Positions 29,734-40,141 are shown, counted from the first letter of the stretch. The stretch: 64,000 nt of DNA from an uncultured virus (IMG/VR IMGVR_UViG_3300005265_000028) (IMGVR_UViG_3300005265_000028), one strand, 5' to 3'. Notes: a model not told the origin generated them from the sequence alone. A program made the numbers and translations.

Positions 29734-32175
29734 ATGAATAATTATTTGATACATGTACCATTAACATATATAGATAATATAGCGAACGCTAGGCTTAAAT
29801 TGATAAATAAACGTTATAACATAGATATAAAGAACGAAGCCACTCTATTACAGGTGCTCATCGAACAGCACAACAGACATTGGAACAATATCGGTAAGCC
29901 ATTAGTACTGGAGATGGCTGATATAAAGAACGAACCGTTCGTAGCTGAATACCATAACCTCGCAGTCGATCTGATAGATAACGATATCAGCATATTATTC
30001 GATGAATACCCGCAGCTGCTGAGCACCATAGCTGCTAACTATAACTATAACAGCGTATCGAACGATGTGCTCAGATATCATATAGATAATATAACAATCG
30101 ATGCGAACAACTACGATATCAAAGAATCAGCTGTAGTGGCATCCGGTAATTATTCGGTAATAATAACTGATGAGCTGAATAATACAACTAATATAGATGA
30201 CAACTACACTTCAGCTGATATAACTAACGGATACGCCACTCTACCTGTATCCGATAGCCCATATGATATATCAGGTAACGCTAAAGTATACCTTGTTAAT
30301 GCCACACGGTTCATGAACGATGACGGTTCGTTACGTCAAGGTATACCGGGATTAACTGAACAGGTGATAACAGTCGATATCCCAGGTGTTGAATCGAACG
30401 GGTTCCCAGGCTCCATACACGAAGGTAGAAGCACATATGGTATAACAAACGATGCAACTGGCGATACATCGATGCAGGAGATAATTGAGCCAATAGACGG
30501 ACAGGATATACATATCGATATGAACGCTGTGATAGATGGGAACCCAGACACTTGGTACGCGACTGAGCTATGTAATGTTACACCTGAGATGCTTGAGATA
30601 GATCAGTATGGTTATAACTTCGCTAAGCCTAACGATGATATACGTTGGGCTATCGGTAGCCGTGATGGCGAAACGCTAAAACTAGCGTTACTGTTACATC
30701 TCGAAGAAGAGGTGCCAGCCAACAAAGTTGTGGTATCGGTACACGATACGAAGCCAGCATCTGCTAGTATCGATGTTGTGATGGTACGTAGCGACGGTGG
30801 CGATTGGAAGGTTGCGCATCGTAACGAGATAGTGCCGACTAATGATACTGATCAATACAACGATACTAATACAGCTGAACCGGCTGGTAACAGTAACGAT
30901 GATATAAACCGGCAGGTGATGCAAGCTCTGCCGGTATCTGTGCAAGCAATGATTCTCAATAACCCAGCTGCGTTACAGTTACCACAGATAAAAGATGTAG
31001 TATCCAGTGTATGTGAACAGTATGGGATAACATACGAAGAGTTCAGTATACCAGCTGACTATTCAGTAACATATTTCGGGTTCACATATACCAGTGGTGG
31101 CGGATATACACCGAGCACATATGGCGTATCAAACAACTCTGATGTCACAACACAGCAAGGGTATTACGATATAGACACACATGACTCGTCAGTATCAGCT
31201 GAATACATTGATATAGATACTACACGTAACGTAACACCTGATAACACAAAGCTGAGTATAACATTCGATAATAGTAACCGTATAAAAGAGTTAATAGTCC
31301 TGTTGAAACAGACACGTTCGTATAATTGTAAGATAATACATAGGTATTACGAACACATATATGTCACACGCACGACTGAGACAACAAGCGAAAGTGGTGG
31401 TGTGTTCAAACATCATACGACGCAACATACTGAAGTTACTATGCAGAAGACTGTAGAACGTGTCGAAGGCCAGAACTTACCGGCAAGCGCTATGTTCGCT
31501 GGTATCGGCGGGAACAGCGAGGCGCATCAGGGTGCAGGCGCAACAATCGGGAATGTGCTGACAACTGTCGGGAGCACTATGGCGATGGCTGGTATAGGAG
31601 GCGTCGCAGCTCCTATAGTCGCAGGGTTAGGTATGATAATAGGTGGCCTCTGGGGTGGCACAGAGACTACTAGCACTAATACTGATGTTATCCAGGACGA
31701 GTACATAACAGGACTCGAGCTCATGGACGGTTGGAAATACATTATAGGTGTTAACGATATAAGCTTATACGGTACTAGTTACAAACAGTCAGCTGATATA
31801 GTTAGCAACAACTATGTGTTACCGTTCGAGATACGTTCTGTCTCTCTGAACGTATCACAGGTGGTGCCACGAAGCTATCCGGCTGGCGAATGGATAAAGC
31901 ATTACATAAGCATAGATAACGGTAGGAGCTGGAACCGGATAATACCGTCTAATTATCCGGTTAGTAGTAGCGAATACCCACGTGTGTATCTGATAAACGC
32001 AGAGGATACAGCAACATCTGTGTTGACTCAGCTGATAACAACAGCTGATCCTGTGCATACGGTACGATACAAATGTGTGTTAACACGGCCAGCTGAGTAC
32101 CCACATAACCTTTATTCGCCTATACTATATTCGTATTCGTTACATGTATCAGGCGAGATAGGAGTGACTGAATAA
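29734..32175 (+). CDS. Virion structural protein, paralogue family, with Gly-zipper hydrophobic segment
   Basis: GAGGAG RBS before ATG 29734; AVIDGNPDTWY; WKYIIGVNDISL; GAGATIG...GIGGVAAPIVAGLGMIIGGLWGG. Confidence 0.55.
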   Translation: MNNYLIHVPLTYIDNIANARLKLINKRYNIDIKNEATLLQVLIEQHNRHWNNIGKPLVLEMADIKNEPFVAEYHNLAVDLIDNDISILFDEYPQLLSTIAANYNYNSVSNDVLRYHIDNITIDANNYDIKESAVVASGNYSVIITDELNNTTNIDDNYTSADITNGYATLPVSDSPYDISGNAKVYLVNATRFMNDDGSLRQGIPGLTEQVITVDIPGVESNGFPGSIHEGRSTYGITNDATGDTSMQEIIEPIDGQDIHIDMNAVIDGNPDTWYATELCNVTPEMLEIDQYGYNFAKPNDDIRWAIGSRDGETLKLALLLHLEEEVPANKVVVSVHDTKPASASIDVVMVRSDGGDWKVAHRNEIVPTNDTDQYNDTNTAEPAGNSNDDINRQVMQALPVSVQAMILNNPAALQLPQIKDVVSSVCEQYGITYEEFSIPADYSVTYFGFTYTSGGGYTPSTYGVSNNSDVTTQQGYYDIDTHDSSVSAEYIDIDTTRNVTPDNTKLSITFDNSNRIKELIVLLKQTRSYNCKIIHRYYEHIYVTRTTETTSESGGVFKHHTTQHTEVTMQKTVERVEGQNLPASAMFAGIGGNSEAHQGAGATIGNVLTTVGSTMAMAGIGGVAAPIVAGLGMIIGGLWGGTETTSTNTDVIQDEYITGLELMDGWKYIIGVNDISLYGTSYKQSADIVSNNYVLPFEIRSVSLNVSQVVPRSYPAGEWIKHYISIDNGRSWNRIIPSNYPVSSSEYPRVYLINAEDTATSVLTQLITTADPVHTVRYKCVLTRPAEYPHNLYSPILYSYSLHVSGEIGVTE

Positions 32176-34130
32176 TGAATACCAGGCAGATGCAGATATA
32201 CAAATTATCGAACGATGTGCTCATAGAGTTCATAACTAATGGGACATACCCATTAGCTGGCCATGTGATAAAAGAGGTGCTCAGACGCGCCAGCGGACGT
32301 GTTATAGGCACACCGTTCACATTATATAGGCATATCAAATACAGAGAGCCGACTGACGCTAATAAGTACTACAGCTTCTTCTCTGAAGCGTCGGATGATA
32401 TAGAGTTACTCTATAATATGTTAGCTGACACTATACGCAGGTTAATAATAGATATGGATTATCAGCTGACGTGGCGCGCACGTGTTATCAATAAAGTCAG
32501 AGAGACTGAACGTGCGTTGAACACAATATCTAACGGGTATGTGTTCACAGAACATTTCAATAACATGAGAGACATAGATGTATCTGACACAACAGCATTC
32601 GTTAACCTCAAAGAGTCTGCGGTTACGTTACCGGAACGCAATAGAGACTCTATGCGTATATATCCTGATATATCGAACGTATCAGTTACAGCTGACCGTG
32701 CTGCAAAAGATTATGGTTCGATCGATAATATATTCGATGATTCATATAATACGTTCTGGTTGAAACAGATATCAGTTGATAACGACTCGGTTATCAATAT
32801 AACTATTAATATACAATTCGTTGATGCTATCAGTTGTAACAAAATATTTATAGCTGGCTTCGGGCCACGTGATACCAGTGTATCAGTAACATTACATGCT
32901 GATAACGAAATAGTTGTGTTAGATGAACGTATTATCAGCTCATACAGAAATACAGCGTATTACATAGAAACAACTGATATAGATGCGATAACATTAGTAT
33001 TAACCAAAAACAAAAGCGACTACACAGATAATAACAAATACATCTACGATTTCGGGCTGCAGAGTCTCGAGTTTTATTCAGTTAAGTACATGACCGATAC
33101 AGCTGAAGTTATAAGCGAACGTATAGGTTTCAAGGATATATATTCAGCTGATGTTCCAATAAATGTTGTTACACTATCAGCTGATTACAACGAGCCATCT
33201 GGCACGAGCTGTAAGTTCTATGTATCGGTAACAAATAATGATACCCCACAGAACTGGTTATTAATCAATAATAACGAGCCGTTTGTTATCGCTAAACGTT
33301 CTGACGCCAGCTATTCGCTCAGCACGATAGAACGTTACAGCTTCGATAGCCGTTACGCGAATGAGCTGTTCTGGTTACGCGGTAACGGGTTCGTATCGTT
33401 ACCGTTGCTTCATAGCGATGTTCAGCTGAAACGTGATAACGAATGGTTAGTACAGTACTACTATTACGATGACGAAGAAGCTACATTACCTATGCCGGAC
33501 CAGTTCGTTGCAACTGGCCATAGGATCTATACGTATTGGCGTGACAGCTTCAGGTTATGTCGTATCCCTGCGAGCAGAGGGTATAAACGTAGTATGGTTA
33601 TGTTCACAACATACTTCTATGCGACACGTAACGAAACAATAGAGTGTTCACCCGTACCGTTATATTTCATAGAGAAACAGAAACGTGTTTTATATCTCAA
33701 CGGTTCAGCTGTACATACAGAGAAGTATAGCGCAACACAAGCTCGTTACGTGCTAAACATCATAGAAGGCTGGAACCGTTTGAGCTATGTAACAAACGAT
33801 TACATGCCTGATGATAAACACCAAATCGATGCGTGTATATCTTACGTACGGGTTACATACGGTCTGACGTGCTCCAGAAGTTATATGCATAGAGTTAATA
33901 TATACGATTTAGCGTACAGAGCGCGTCAGAGCGATACAACGAAGTATGCTATAAGTAACGATAACAAAATAGTAGTGCTAAGCAATACAGAAGCCAGGTA
34001 CGCGTTGAGCTACAAATATATCAACAGCTCAGATGCTTCGTATAATATATTCTACAGAGCTACTGTTAGCACAACAGATGCTAACAGCACGCCAGTGATA
34101 AATAGTATCAAGTTGGTGGTTAACAAATGA
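32175..34130 (+). CDS. Virion structural protein, paralogue family
   Basis: 651 aa; NIFDDSYNTFW; YIYDFGLQSLEF; C-terminal STPVINSIKL. Confidence 0.55.
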   Translation: MNTRQMQIYKLSNDVLIEFITNGTYPLAGHVIKEVLRRASGRVIGTPFTLYRHIKYREPTDANKYYSFFSEASDDIELLYNMLADTIRRLIIDMDYQLTWRARVINKVRETERALNTISNGYVFTEHFNNMRDIDVSDTTAFVNLKESAVTLPERNRDSMRIYPDISNVSVTADRAAKDYGSIDNIFDDSYNTFWLKQISVDNDSVINITINIQFVDAISCNKIFIAGFGPRDTSVSVTLHADNEIVVLDERIISSYRNTAYYIETTDIDAITLVLTKNKSDYTDNNKYIYDFGLQSLEFYSVKYMTDTAEVISERIGFKDIYSADVPINVVTLSADYNEPSGTSCKFYVSVTNNDTPQNWLLINNNEPFVIAKRSDASYSLSTIERYSFDSRYANELFWLRGNGFVSLPLLHSDVQLKRDNEWLVQYYYYDDEEATLPMPDQFVATGHRIYTYWRDSFRLCRIPASRGYKRSMVMFTTYFYATRNETIECSPVPLYFIEKQKRVLYLNGSAVHTEKYSATQARYVLNIIEGWNRLSYVTNDYMPDDKHQIDACISYVRVTYGLTCSRSYMHRVNIYDLAYRARQSDTTKYAISNDNKIVVLSNTEARYALSYKYINSSDASYNIFYRATVSTTDANSTPVINSIKLVVNK

Positions 34131-34408
34131 GGATACGTACTATATTCAACGCGCCTTATCGTGGTATCACGAGTTCATATAAACATAATATTATGCAGCT
34201 ATCGCTGTTATCAGCTGTCTCTGAAGCGATGGATTCAGCTGACTCAGTCGGCGATGCAGCTTTCGTTATGATCGACGATGTCAGCTCGATCGATATACAT
34301 GAGGGTAGTAATACCTATACGGTAAACAAGAAAGACCTTAACGGTATAGTATCAGATTTCGTTGATATGAAACGTTTGACCACATATAACGCAATAGGAG
34401 AGATATGA
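34127..34408 (+). CDS. Small structural protein
   Basis: 93 aa; YRGITSSYKHN shared with the next gene; ATGA overlap. Confidence 0.55.
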   Translation: MRIRTIFNAPYRGITSSYKHNIMQLSLLSAVSEAMDSADSVGDAAFVMIDDVSSIDIHEGSNTYTVNKKDLNGIVSDFVDMKRLTTYNAIGEI

Positions 34409-34409
34409 T

Positions 34410-35669
34410 ATGGAACTCACAGCCAAGTACTTCCCAGCTAAATACAGGGGTAACACATCCAGCACAAACTATAACGAGTTCATACGTGCTATCTGTGATG
34501 ATGTTGCAACTGTCACTAAAGATATAAATAAACATAAGACCGAACTGGCCAACTATAATAAGATGATGCTGTTACAATTCGCTTATCTGCAACGTGAATA
34601 CAACACATTGCTAGCTGATTACCATGCGTTACAATCGCAATACAACTCAGTAGTAGCTGGCAGCACAACCAGTGTGTATATAAACTATTACGATACATCT
34701 GTAGTATCGTATGGTGGGTATCCGTCATATCCTCTTATTGGTTCAGCTGACCGTTGCACAACCGATAGCCGTTTCGGGCTACTCACGGCACACGAAGCTG
34801 ATAGTATAAGCCGTATATATCTATATGACGATATAACTGGCGGTACATACCTGCCGGTATCAATGAATAACTATTATACTACAGAAAACGGAGAGGTGTT
34901 GATAAGGCTGTCCGACCGGAACTATAGCGAGCTATCGATGAATAGCATAAAATATGCGCTGGACGGCCGTGAGGATACGTATTGGTTCATGGATATAAAG
35001 TATAGCACACCAGTGGATTACATCGACGTTCTCATAGATATACCGTTACCGTTAGATTCGATAAGCACTCTCAATAGTAACTACATAATAGTAGAACCGT
35101 TACCAGTATTCGCGACTGAGATACGTGGCGTATGGTATTCGTATGATGACCGTGCGACTGTATTGATCAACGCAGCTGCTAATACCAATAGTGACGGTAT
35201 AACTGATATGACAAGTTCTGTTGTCAACTGGCAATCAGCTGATATAGATGTATCACCTAACAGTTATCACGCTAGACGAAACTATGACAGCAAATTCATA
35301 TTCCCTACCAAACAGTTCAACGCTATACGTATAGCGTTACGTGCTAACTGTTATACTATTGATGGAGGGTTACGTAATTTTTATATAGGATTGAGAACTC
35401 TGGATTGTGGCTATACCGATTACACAGCTGGGAAAGCGTTAACATCGTTGAGTCTTACGAGTAACAGCTACAAATTAGTATACGATCCAGCTGATACGAA
35501 TAACACGCTCGTTAAATACAAGTTGTATTACTCTAACGGGCTAGGTGATATAGTCAAATACGATTTTAATAGAGAACTACCCGCTGGTATAAACAATATA
35601 TTCATAGAAACACAGTTCGATACGTCTACCTATATAGACCTGTTGAATATACGTTATGACGTATGGTAG
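34410..35669 (+). CDS. Virion structural protein, paralogue family
   Basis: YRGNTSSTNYN, N-terminal coiled coil, YALDGREDTYW, FYIGLRTL. Confidence 0.55.
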   Translation: MELTAKYFPAKYRGNTSSTNYNEFIRAICDDVATVTKDINKHKTELANYNKMMLLQFAYLQREYNTLLADYHALQSQYNSVVAGSTTSVYINYYDTSVVSYGGYPSYPLIGSADRCTTDSRFGLLTAHEADSISRIYLYDDITGGTYLPVSMNNYYTTENGEVLIRLSDRNYSELSMNSIKYALDGREDTYWFMDIKYSTPVDYIDVLIDIPLPLDSISTLNSNYIIVEPLPVFATEIRGVWYSYDDRATVLINAAANTNSDGITDMTSSVVNWQSADIDVSPNSYHARRNYDSKFIFPTKQFNAIRIALRANCYTIDGGLRNFYIGLRTLDCGYTDYTAGKALTSLSLTSNSYKLVYDPADTNNTLVKYKLYYSNGLGDIVKYDFNRELPAGINNIFIETQFDTSTYIDLLNIRYDVW

Positions 35670-35943
35670 GTTGGTTCGTATGGTGATACTCAAGGATTAC
35701 AAAGGTTTATGCACACGTTTCACGTATTACAAAGAATATGGGCTAGTAAAAATAGATAATAATATATATAATATAAAGAGACCGATCAAACTGAACAAGA
35801 AACTGAAAGCTGTTCTAGCTGAATGGCCTGGTGCTGTTAAACGTGTGTTACGCGAATGCGGGCTTCAGCTCGAACAGTTATCAGCTGACACAATAAAACT
35901 CAAGGAGGCAAGCTACGATGGAGATAAAGATAAAAGGCGGTAA
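35656..35943 (+). CDS. Hypothetical protein
   Basis: 95-aa ORF tiled between neighbours. Confidence 0.45.
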   Translation: MTYGRLVRMVILKDYKGLCTRFTYYKEYGLVKIDNNIYNIKRPIKLNKKLKAVLAEWPGAVKRVLRECGLQLEQLSADTIKLKEASYDGDKDKRR

Positions 35944-36157
35944 ACTCAAACGAGACACATCAGGACGTGGCGCGCGGTTCGAAGCGATAAATGAACTGAT
36001 GCCAAAACTGCCATCGAACATAGATGGCCAATGTCGTATATGCGGTCGGATGATAATGAGAGACAACACTCTACCAGCTGGTATATTCGAAGGAGAACTC
36101 AAAGCTAATGTTCATTTCAAGTGCTGGCAAAAGAATAGGCGCAAAGCTGCTCAATAA
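35918..36157 (+). CDS. Small putative Zn-binding protein
   Basis: AGGAGG RBS; CRICG...HFKC. Confidence 0.5.
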   Translation: MEIKIKGGKLKRDTSGRGARFEAINELMPKLPSNIDGQCRICGRMIMRDNTLPAGIFEGELKANVHFKCWQKNRRKAAQ

Positions 36158-36884
36158 ATTCTTTAAATGTCCGATGTTGATGTTCTATGACGATATCGGG
36201 CTACGTGACTACAAGGAGTATTCGTTCAACAAGTCGTTAGAGAACACGTTCAACGCGTTCTTCATGAAACGATACGACTATGTGAAAGTGAGACAACCTG
36301 AGATGCGCAGGTTCTTCTCAACGTGTTATACTGCGTATATGTCAGGCTATCGTGAGAGCAACAAATTGACTAGTAACGATGCTATGCGTGCGACTAATAT
36401 GATAAAAAAGTTCTACGATGTATTCGGGTTCGATGATGACAGCATAGAATACGAGGTTGTTGATATCTCAGCTGAATACAACGTAAGCTGTACCTGCGGC
36501 TCACACTATCTCATAGGCGTATTCAACGCGATACTGTATTGTGATGGGAAACATCACATAATATTATACGACCACAGCGCTCGTAGGCACGATAAGAGTT
36601 ACACTATGTATTCGTATCTGCCGACTATAAACCTATATGCTTATAATAAAGCATATACCAACAAAAAAGATTGTGACATATGGGTTTATTACACACGGTT
36701 AGGCAAGATACAATCTGTTAAACGTTCAGTTGAACAGATCAACGAGCTCGGTCGTTTCATATGTATAGCTAACGAGGCGCTGAACGGGATGTCCGTATGG
36801 CGTATAGACGATGAAGTACGATGTAACTCTTGTGCTCACAAGATGATGTGTCGCAATACCGGGAGGGGAGATAAAGCTTTATGA
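36108..36884 (+). CDS. PD-(D/E)XK (Cas4/AddB-like) nuclease-fold protein, catalytic motifs degenerate
   Basis: FFKCP, LIGVFNAI (in place of G.iD), LYAY, and C-terminal CNSCAHKMMC Fe-S-type cysteines. Confidence 0.55.
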   Translation: MFISSAGKRIGAKLLNKFFKCPMLMFYDDIGLRDYKEYSFNKSLENTFNAFFMKRYDYVKVRQPEMRRFFSTCYTAYMSGYRESNKLTSNDAMRATNMIKKFYDVFGFDDDSIEYEVVDISAEYNVSCTCGSHYLIGVFNAILYCDGKHHIILYDHSARRHDKSYTMYSYLPTINLYAYNKAYTNKKDCDIWVYYTRLGKIQSVKRSVEQINELGRFICIANEALNGMSVWRIDDEVRCNSCAHKMMCRNTGRGDKAL

Positions 36885-36950
36885 ATAAGAGATGTATATT
36901 CATAGTTGAAGACATGAATGCTAAACAACCAATAGTTACAAGGAGCGTTT

Positions 36951-38096
36951 ATGACAAGCGGGATAAAGAAGATACTAAAAGTGCTGAACAACAAAAGGAA
37001 AGAAAAGAGACTACTACCGATTGAAGAGCTGATAGGGTTAGTTAAACGTATAGAAGCACGTGATATATCAGCTGAAGAAGCCAGTGAGGTTATACGGGTG
37101 TATTCTATGCTGACTAACCTGTATAGCGACGAGGAACGGAAACGTATAGAAGAGATGCGCGATATCGTGTATGACTACATAGCTGATCTGGTACTACAAT
37201 ATCGCGCATCTAGCGGTTCTATGCAGGACGAGTTATTGTTGCATATGGTAACACTATATTCGTGGCTGCTGAATATGTTATGTGATCTCATTTATACCGA
37301 TAACTACGTATACATGGATTCCAATAATTATCACAGACGTTTCATCAATACATTCAAAGGCAAGAACAGCAACAACAGTACCGCAACGACATATACATAT
37401 GCGACCATACTATGCAAACGTATGTTCACACGCGACGAGTTCGTTGTAACCTCTTGTATAACACTTATAAATGCTATGAACAGCTGTAAGGAACCGGAGC
37501 TGTTCATGCATTACATGAACAAAGTGTATGTGATACGGTTAGCGCAACGCATAATATCTGAAGCTAACGATATAATGGCGCATCAGAAGTTCATAGCGCT
37601 CGATACAAACAATATAGATACAGCTGACAATAAGCTGGTCGCTCATAGCGAATACATCAGAACACAGCACGACCCGTTGATACAAGCGATACACGTCAAC
37701 AAACTCTTTATGATCGCACCGGGTAGTCAGCTCGATTCTAACTGGGTACGTGGTTTAACATGTGACGAAGCGTTCAAATGCTTGAGCACATGTGAACGTT
37801 ATGAGCTGAAGCTGCGTACTGAATGTTTCGATAATATAAATATATCGAAACGGCTCGGCAAATGGCAGCCACGTATGAGTAAAACCAAATCGTTCGAACG
37901 TATAGCTTCAAAGGTTAGCCGTAACAGCAGACATAAACACTACAAACCGTTACGTTGCAGGTGCGGGAATATAATATATAGACGTATAAAAGAAAAGACT
38001 ATTGAACGTTGTGATAGATGTGAAAAAAGAAACAAGGATAGCAAGACTGCTGAACGAAACTCTAAAGACAGAGTATATAAGAAATGGTTTCTATAG
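36951..38096 (+). CDS. Sigma-70-like transcription factor with C-terminal Zn ribbon
   Basis: Region-2-like LVLQYRASSG...ELLLHMVTLYSWLL; region-4-like AFKCLSTCERYELKL....NINISKRLG; CRCG...CDRC. Confidence 0.5.
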   Translation: MTSGIKKILKVLNNKRKEKRLLPIEELIGLVKRIEARDISAEEASEVIRVYSMLTNLYSDEERKRIEEMRDIVYDYIADLVLQYRASSGSMQDELLLHMVTLYSWLLNMLCDLIYTDNYVYMDSNNYHRRFINTFKGKNSNNSTATTYTYATILCKRMFTRDEFVVTSCITLINAMNSCKEPELFMHYMNKVYVIRLAQRIISEANDIMAHQKFIALDTNNIDTADNKLVAHSEYIRTQHDPLIQAIHVNKLFMIAPGSQLDSNWVRGLTCDEAFKCLSTCERYELKLRTECFDNINISKRLGKWQPRMSKTKSFERIASKVSRNSRHKHYKPLRCRCGNIIYRRIKEKTIERCDRCEKRNKDSKTAERNSKDRVYKKWFL

Positions 38097-38472
38097 CGCG
38101 ATGCGTAGCCCTAAGGGTTACCCGTTACAATACGATTTCCTGTGTTACTACGTTATGAGTAACGGCGCGTGGCGACCGATATTCGCTATAGAGTACCAGG
38201 GTATACAGCATAAGAAAGCTATATACGGGAAACGGAAACTCATGTATCAACAGAAATGTGATCAGCTGAAACAACGTGAAAGCGATAAGCTGCGTATCAA
38301 GTTGATATATATGTATCACGATGAACGTATATCAGCTGAACTGTTATTCAGGAAACTCAACCACATAAAGCTGTTGAAACGTATGTTGAGGTTATCGTTG
38401 ATAAAAGATAAATACATACTACTGGCGCATGAAATACTGTTCGGTATAAACGAAAGGAAAAAGAAAGAATAA
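38002..38472 (+). CDS. Vsr/DUF559-like endonuclease
   Basis: LQYDF...FAIEYQGIQH...QKCDQLK...IKLIY. Confidence 0.7.
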   Translation: MNVVIDVKKETRIARLLNETLKTEYIRNGFYSAMRSPKGYPLQYDFLCYYVMSNGAWRPIFAIEYQGIQHKKAIYGKRKLMYQQKCDQLKQRESDKLRIKLIYMYHDERISAELLFRKLNHIKLLKRMLRLSLIKDKYILLAHEILFGINERKKKE

Positions 38473-39164
38473 TGAACGCTTATGTATCAAACGATTTAGA
38501 TGTATGCATAGACTCTGTGCTGATGAACAACTATCACGCTAACGATAGGGATTATAACGTGTTTCATCCGTCTACTATAGGTGGCTGTATCAGGAAACCT
38601 GTGCTGGATGCGTTATATATATCCAAGAAACAACCAAGCACACGACAGTTACGTGTATTCGATAACGGACACGATGTGCATAGACGTATCAGTCGTTACT
38701 TCAGGGAAGCAGGCGTGTTAGTTAAAGATGAGCTGGTTATAGATTATCCTCAGCTGAATGTAAGAGGTCATAGTGATGATCTGATACTAGTAGATGGCAA
38801 CTATTACCTCGTAGAAGTTAAAACCGCTAATAATAATTCATTCAACTACTACAAACGTATGAATAAGCCAGCTGACTCGTATTACCTGCAGCTACAGCTC
38901 TATATGCATCTCGCGAATAAGATATACGATTACAATATATCAGCTGGCTATATCCTCATAGAGAACAAGAATACACAGGATATACTCGTGTTCAGAACAG
39001 AGTATGACGCAACGCTCGGGGATGAGCTAGAAGAGAAGATAAAGACGATAAACAAATACATCCAGGCGGGCTATATCCCGCCGGTTGAATACGATAACAC
39101 GAAGTTCCCCTGCAGCTGGAAAGGCGGCTGTTGTGATTACTACGAGTATTGTTGGAAAGATTGA
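38472..39164 (+). CDS. Cas4-like PD-(D/E)XK exonuclease
   Basis: PSTIGGCIRK, GHDVH, GHSDDLI, VEVKT, QLQLYM, and C-terminal C....CCDYYEYC. Confidence 0.8.
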   Translation: MNAYVSNDLDVCIDSVLMNNYHANDRDYNVFHPSTIGGCIRKPVLDALYISKKQPSTRQLRVFDNGHDVHRRISRYFREAGVLVKDELVIDYPQLNVRGHSDDLILVDGNYYLVEVKTANNNSFNYYKRMNKPADSYYLQLQLYMHLANKIYDYNISAGYILIENKNTQDILVFRTEYDATLGDELEEKIKTINKYIQAGYIPPVEYDNTKFPCSWKGGCCDYYEYCWKD

Positions 39165-40022
39165 TTAGTTCCGAACAACATGGTTGCTCGTCATTATCAC
39201 AGAAGCTTCGTATTCGTATTCGTCCAGCTCTAACAAGTGTTCTATGATATTAAGCGCATAGTTGTTGCTGAATATTAGTAACGGCTCTGCGCTTTTGTTA
39301 ATGAATTCGGCTACATCGTATTCAACAGCAACATCGTTCGTATGGAACACTATCGTGTTGTTGATACGTTTATGCGGGACATGTTTAACACTTATCAGCT
39401 GATAATCATTAAGATGATATGCTACTTCTTTAGCTGCCGCGAAGAGTATCCTGTAGTCCGCATTGTTGTTATATACTGTTATACTCCAATTGTCAGTTGA
39501 TATAACTGTCGATTCGACTAATACATCATACACTTCGTTATCTCTGATTATATTCACGTAGTAATAACCGTATAACGTATAGTCAGATAACTTTATAGTG
39601 TCATCGTTATCAACAATAACCACCGGGCACTCAACCGGTTTGAATATCGAATGTATAGCTTCAACAGCTTCAGCTGAATCGATTGTCAGCTTCTTAACAG
39701 TGCCATAACGTTTAGCTTTGAAACGTAACACTTCTTTATCATCGAAACCGTAACGCAAGTATAACCTATACAGATGGTATTTACGTATAACAGTTCTGGC
39801 GATACGGTAATCGTGCTGTATTGTTAACGAACAATCTATTATACCAGCTGATTCCAACGCTTTAGCTACATTATAGAGCGCGTAACATACGAGTTTGTAA
39901 TGATGATACTTATTGTTACGTAACGCATCATACGTTAATGTCCAGTTGTCCTTGTCGGTAACCGAAATGTCTATCATTACTGTATCGTCACTAATTGTTA
40001 CTACGCCAGTCTTTTCGATCAT
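39165..40022 (-). CDS. Hypothetical protein (possible degenerate RNase H-like folds)
   Basis: 285 aa, AGGAGG RBS; weak NNNADYRILFAA and LTIQHD resemblance. Confidence 0.5.
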   Translation of the reverse strand: MIEKTGVVTISDDTVMIDISVTDKDNWTLTYDALRNNKYHHYKLVCYALYNVAKALESAGIIDCSLTIQHDYRIARTVIRKYHLYRLYLRYGFDDKEVLRFKAKRYGTVKKLTIDSAEAVEAIHSIFKPVECPVVIVDNDDTIKLSDYTLYGYYYVNIIRDNEVYDVLVESTVISTDNWSITVYNNNADYRILFAAAKEVAYHLNDYQLISVKHVPHKRINNTIVFHTNDVAVEYDVAEFINKSAEPLLIFSNNYALNIIEHLLELDEYEYEASVIMTSNHVVRN

Positions 40023-40040
40023 TGGTAATGCCTCCTATAC

Positions 40041-40085
40041 AAAAAATAACAAGAGCTATTTATAGCCGTTCCAATAGCTCTTGTT
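40041..40085 (-). terminator. Intrinsic terminator-like hairpin
   Basis: 13-bp perfect stem aacaagagctatt (40048-40060) / aatagctcttgtt (40073-40085), followed on the - strand by ATTTTTT. Confidence 0.7.
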
Positions 40086-40141
40086 TATTAAGTTCAGTGG
40101 AAGAGGAAATTAGTATTCATATATGTATTATAACATAATTA

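Noticed and set aside
38472..39164. CRISPR-Cas system suggested by the Cas4-like gene
   Set aside because: No repeat-spacer array and no cas1/cas2 seen; solo Cas4-like nucleases are common in phages.
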